A DNA stretch of 20,000 nucleotides from Protoeuglena noctilucae (Eukaryota). A program made the position numbers and the translations under genes. This document shows positions 19,701-20,000 of the stretch, piece by piece (positions within the stretch are counted from its first letter, which is position 1; every line of letters starts with the position of its first letter). The notes under the pieces were generated by a model. That model did no database searches and was not told the DNA's origin. It saw only the letters and a program-made list of their open reading frames with translations. The stretch lies in contig OY253679.1 of NCBI GenBank assembly GCA_958009085.1, positions 989,571 through 1,009,570 of the forward strand. The letters run 5' to 3'.

Positions 19701-20000
19701 TTAGGGGTTAGGGTTAGGGTAAGGTTTTTTGGGTAGGTTAGGCAGGTGTAGGTTTGGGCAGGTCAGGTAGGTTAGGTAGTTAGGGTTAGGGTTAGGGTTA
19801 GGTCAGGGTTAGGGTTAGGGTTAGGGTTAGGGTTAGGGTTAGGGTTAGGGTTAGGGTTAGGGTTAGGGTTAGGGTTAGGGTTAGGGTTAGGGTTAGGGTT
19901 AGGGTTAGGGTTAGGGTTAGGGTTAGGGTTAGGGTTAGGGTTAGGGTTAGGGTTAGGGTTAGGGTTAGGGTTAGGGTTAGGGTTAGGGTTAGGGTAGGGT
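19701..20000 (+). repeat. Telomeric repeat array (TTAGGG)n with a degenerate proximal zone
   Basis: Perfect TTAGGG from about 19809 to 19994, variant repeats at about 19720-19808, G-rich strand running 5'->3' to the end of the sequence. Confidence 0.98.

Overview
GC-rich eukaryotic chromosome end, most likely a chlorophyte green alga (inferred from protein similarity and intron style), ending in a TTAGGG telomere. From left to right it holds: the 3' end of a probable Rab escort protein gene (+); a complete 19-exon MSH2 (-); a head-to-head GRF plus 2x CCHC zinc-finger gene (+); a 10-exon gene for an E/K/R-rich protein built from 48-aa repeats by tandem amplification of a 313-bp exon+intron unit (+); a renalase-like FAD oxidoreductase (-); and PET117 (+). 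A roughly 3-kb subtelomere follows, with a decayed chromodomain-bearing Ty3/Gypsy 3' half and then a putative non-LTR element with two diverged AGTC-tailed 3' ends, whose ORF is cut and capped by telomeric repeats. The most unusual observations are: 7 of 18 MSH2 introns carry a near-identical echo of the neighbouring exon boundary 74-105 bp away; introns are G-rich at the 5' end and C-rich at the 3' end; 5 of 36 introns are GC-AG; and the telomere-capped retroelement stack. Gene models were spliced by eye and protein calls rest on remembered motifs, not database searches.
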